A stretch of DNA of 64,000 bases from Mobula hypostoma (Eukaryota). Within the stretch, counting starts at the first letter, position 1, and every line of letters begins with the position of its first letter. Positions 60,478 to 64,000 of the stretch are shown here, in pieces. The stretch is from contig NC_086098.1 of NCBI RefSeq assembly GCF_963921235.1, forward strand, positions 434,001 through 498,000. Reading direction: 5' to 3'. Made by a program: the position numbers and the translations under genes. The notes beneath the pieces were generated by a model. The model was given only the letters and a program-made list of their open reading frames with translations. It ran no database searches and was not told the origin of the DNA.

Positions 60478-62787
60478 TTTTGAGAGTGCAGAGTTTGTAT
60501 GTTCCTGTCAGGATTAAAGGCAAATTGAATAGGAATAAGGAACCTTGGTTCTCAAGGGATATTGCAACTCTGATAAAGAAGAAGAGGGAGTTGTATGAAA
60601 TGTATAGGAAACAGGGTAAATCAGGTGCTTGAGGAGTATAAGAAGTGCAAGAAAATACTTAAGAAAGAAATCAGGAGGGCAAAAAGAAGACATGAGGTTG
60701 CCTTAGCAGTCAAAGTGAAGGATAATCCAAAGAGCTTTTACAAGTATATTAAGAGCAAAAGGATTGTAAGGGATAAAATTGGTCCTCTTGAAGATCAGAG
60801 TGGTCGGCTTTGTGCGGAACCAAAGGAAATGGGGGAGATCTTAAATAGGTTTTTTGCGTCTGTATTTACTAAGGAAGCTGGCATGAAATCTATGGAATTG
60901 AGGGAATCAAGTAGTGAGACCATGGAAACTGTACAGATTGAAAAGGAGGAGGTGCTTGCTGTCTTGAGGAAGATTAAAGTGGATAAATCCCCGGGACCTG
61001 ACAGAGTGTTCCCTCGGACCTTGAAGGAGACTTAGTGTTGAAATGCGGGGGCCCTGGCAGAAATATTTAAAATGTTGCTGTCTACGGGTGAAGTGCCGGA
61101 GGATTGGAGAGTGGCTCATGTTGTTCCGTTGTTTAAAAAAGGATCGAAAAGTAATCCAGGAAATTATAGGCCGGTGAGTTTAACGTCAGTAGTAGGTAAG
61201 TTATTGGAGGGAGTACTAAGAGACAGAATCTACAAGCATTTGGATACACAGGGGCTTATTAGGGAGAGTCAACATGGCTTTGTGCGTGGTAGGTCATGTT
61301 TGACCAATCTGTTGGGAGTTTTTCGAGGAGGTTACCAGGAAAGTGGATGAAGGGAAGGCAGTGGATATTGTCTGCATGGACTTCAGTAAGGCCTTTGACA
61401 AGGTCCCTCATGGGAGGTTAGTTAGGAAAATTCAGTCGCTAGGTATACATGGAGAGGTGGTAAATTGGATTAGACATTGGCTCGATGGAAGAAGCCAGAG
61501 AGTGGTGGTAGAGAATTGCTTCTCTGAGTGGAGGCCTGTGACTAGTGGTGTGCCACAGGGATCAGTGCTGGGTCCATTCTTATTTGTCATCTATATCAAT
61601 GATCTGGATGATAATGTGGTAAATTGGATCAGCAAGTTTGCTGATGATACAAAGATTGGAGGTGTAGTAGACAGTCAGGAAGGTTTTCAGAGCCTGCAGA
61701 GGGACTTGGACCAGCTGGAAAAATGGGCTGAAAAATGGCAGATGGAGTTTAATACTGACAAGTGTGAGGTATTGCACATTGGAAGGACAAACCAACGTAG
61801 AACATACAGGGTTAATGGTAAGGCACTAAGGAGTGCAGTGGAACAGAGGGATCTGGGAATACAGATACAAAATTCCCTAAAAGTGTCGTCACAGGTAGAT
61901 AGGGTCGTAAAGAGAGCTTTTGGTACATTGGCCTTTATTAATCGAAGTATTGAGGATAAGAGCTGGAATGTTATGATGAGGTTGTATAAGGCATTGGTGA
62001 GGCCGAATCTGGAGTATTGTACATCAAAGTTGCTGGTGAACGCAGCAGGCCAAGCAGCATCTATAGGAAGAGGCGCAGTCGACGTTTCAGGCCGAGACCC
62101 TTCGTCAGGACCTGACGAAGGGTCTCGGCCTGAAACGTCGACTGCGCCTCTTCCTATAGATGCTGCTTGGCCTGCTGCGTTCACCAGCAACTTTGATGTA
62201 TGTTGCTTGAATTTCCAGCATCTGCAGAATTCCTGTTGTCTGGAGTATTGTGTTTAGTTTTGGTCACCAAATTACAGGAAGGATATAAATAAGGTTGAAA
62301 GAGTGCAGAGAAGGTTTACAAGGATGTTGCCGGGACTTGAGAAACTCAGTTACAGAGAAAGGTTGAATAGGTTAGGAATTTATTCCCTGGAGCGTAAAAG
62401 AATGAGGGGAGATTTGATAGAGGTATATAAAATTATGATGGGTATAGATAGAGTGAATGCAAGCAGGCTTTTTCCACTGAGGCAGGGGGAGAAAAAAACC
62501 AGAGGATATGGGTTAAGGGTGAGGGGGAAAAGTTTAAAGGGAACATTGGGGGGGCTTCTTCACACAGAGTGGTGGGAGTATGGAATGAGCTACCAGACGA
62601 GGTGGTAAATGCGGGTTCTTTTCTAACATTTAAGAATAAATTGGACAGATACATGGATGGGAGGTGTATGGAGGGATATGGTCCGTGTGCAGGTCAGTGG
62701 GACTAGGCAGAAAATGGTTCAGCACAGCCAAGAAGGGCCAAAAGGCCTGTTTCTGTGCTGTAGTTTCTATGGTTCTATGGTTTCTAT
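60478..62787 (+). mobile_element. CR1-D, 5'-truncated, young; hosts the Penelope palindrome
   Basis: KSPGPD, NYRPVSLT, FADD; (TTCTATGG)n tail. Confidence 0.95.
62021..62238. mobile_element. 218-bp Penelope terminal insertion forming a perfect palindrome with two opposed hammerhead cores
   Basis: 62020-62109 is the exact reverse complement of 62111-62200; 13-bp TSD TCTGGAGTATTGT at 62008-62020 and 62239-62251. Confidence 0.95.
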
Positions 62788-62789
62788 AA

Positions 62790-63520
62790 TCAGCTTGAGT
62801 TAAACTGCTGCAGGATCCTGCCCTGTGGTGGATTGTTTCTTGTTTCTTATTTTTATTTATTGGTTTTCAGTTGAAGCTAGTAAAAGCTGAAGTATGGGCA
62901 TAGCCAGGCATGCTTATTTGTCAATTACTAGGAACTTTCAGACTATTCTTGTGTTGTTTAGTATTGTGGATTTCTGAAGATTTACATAGATATTACAGTG
63001 TAGCCCTAATTGTTTAATACGATTGTGTGGTGCCTTTGGGATGACACCAGTTGTAGATATTACTATCGGGACAATGTACATCTTTTTCATGTTTAAAAGT
63101 CTTTCAATTTCCTCTTTTAAATCAGCATATTTCTGGCATTTTTCACTTATTGATTTCTGCAAGTGATGTGTGTTTGGAATGGTTATATCTATTAAATAAG
63201 TTGTTCTTGCTTATTTTTCCTGTATTGTTATATCAGAATGATTATTATGGATAGGACAATCCATATAGCCAATCAGTCAGAATATAATTTGTAGTATTCT
63301 GACTCTAAAACTGGATCAGGCTTGTATTTATAGTAAGGTGTGATTTCATTTATGCGTTTGTATTTTAAAGCAAGATTTTGATGAATGATGTTTGCCACTT
63401 GATTGTGCCTGTGTAAGTAATTAGGTTGAGTTAAATTGCTCAGTATCCTGTAATGTGTTGGATTGTTTCTGGTTTTTCTCAGCATTTTCTACATTTATCA
63501 TCCTGGATTTGTTGGTCCGT
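62790..63520 (-). mobile_element. R4/Dong-clade non-LTR 3' fragment (CCHC knuckle plus restriction-like endonuclease), copy 2
   Basis: KCRKC.EKPETIQHITG, YLHRHNQVANIIH, YLIDITIPN, EKCQKYADL, IVPIVISTTGVIPK, LQKSTIL. Confidence 0.85.
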
Positions 63521-63529
63521 TATTATAAG

Positions 63530-64000
63530 TGTAATGTCCTGGTTAAGATTTTTACAGCTATGCTGTCGGTATTTCACATTAGCAGTTCGGTAAGAGCAGA
63601 CTGTTCTGCTTTTAGCATGCTTGGATTTGAGCTGAAGGTAAGGGGCTATGTTGTTCAGCTTAGAAATGTTGTGTTAGCCAATCAGGATGCTGGAATTCAG
63701 AGAAAGTTCAAGAGGGCAGAGAGATTTTGGTGACAGGCCCTGGTGTAGGTCGAGGTCTCGTTGGCAGAAGCTGGGAGAAGACAGAAGGGAAGGTGGCAGA
63801 GATGAGGTCCCTGTTGCACAAGGTACTTTGTGCAGATGAATGGCCCTGTGTGGCGACCTATGTGTTTGAGATGGATTCCGATTGACATTCGGAAGATAGT
63901 GAGTCCTTTCATGCAGACTGTAGGCCCAGCATGTAAGGTAAAGACAACTTCAAGATGAGCTCCATCTGAAGACAACTTGAGCACATTTGGGGTTAACTGT
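63530..64000 (+). mobile_element. Probable 5' part of a Gypsy-type LTR, runs off the right edge
   Basis: Starts TGTAATG; GTTAGCCAATCAGGATG parallels GTTAGCCAATGAGTAGGATG of the 28070 LTR; interrupts the R4 fragment. Confidence 0.55.

Noticed and set aside
61343..62257. 304-aa ORF fusing CR1 RT to a novel C-terminus, and mirror ORF 61687-62190 with the same peptide on the other strand
   Set aside because: Read-through into the Penelope palindrome; identical peptides on both strands follow from the palindrome, not from a gene.

Overview
Vertebrate nuclear DNA made almost entirely of nested, mostly decayed transposable elements. The element mix suggests a cartilaginous fish such as a ray; this is inference, and the species cannot be fixed from the window. 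No host gene can be identified with confidence, and nearly all ORF-track entries are retroelement fragments or their antisense shadows. Contents: at least five CR1 LINE families (labelled A-E here by my own comparison of their 3' ends), including two full-length copies with an SGNH-esterase ORF1; one complete but heavily interrupted Gypsy LTR retrotransposon with a PNMA-like gag (28070-46358, TAAT target duplication); two solo LTRs with 5-bp target duplications; several Penelope-like elements carrying minimal hammerhead ribozyme motifs; Rex1/Babar-type fragments and non-autonomous derivatives; two R4/Dong-type fragments; and a Tc1 element very close to Sleeping Beauty. Most notable observations: a perfect 90-bp-arm palindrome made of two head-to-head Penelope hammerhead termini, a CR1 copy with twin-priming-type 5' inversion geometry, a tRNA-Glu-like cassette inside a solo LTR, the Sleeping Beauty-like element (horizontal-transfer candidate), and a four-level insertion nest. 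Boundaries backed by target-site duplications (TSDs) are base-accurate; the others are approximate. All family assignments come from recognised motifs, not from database searches.
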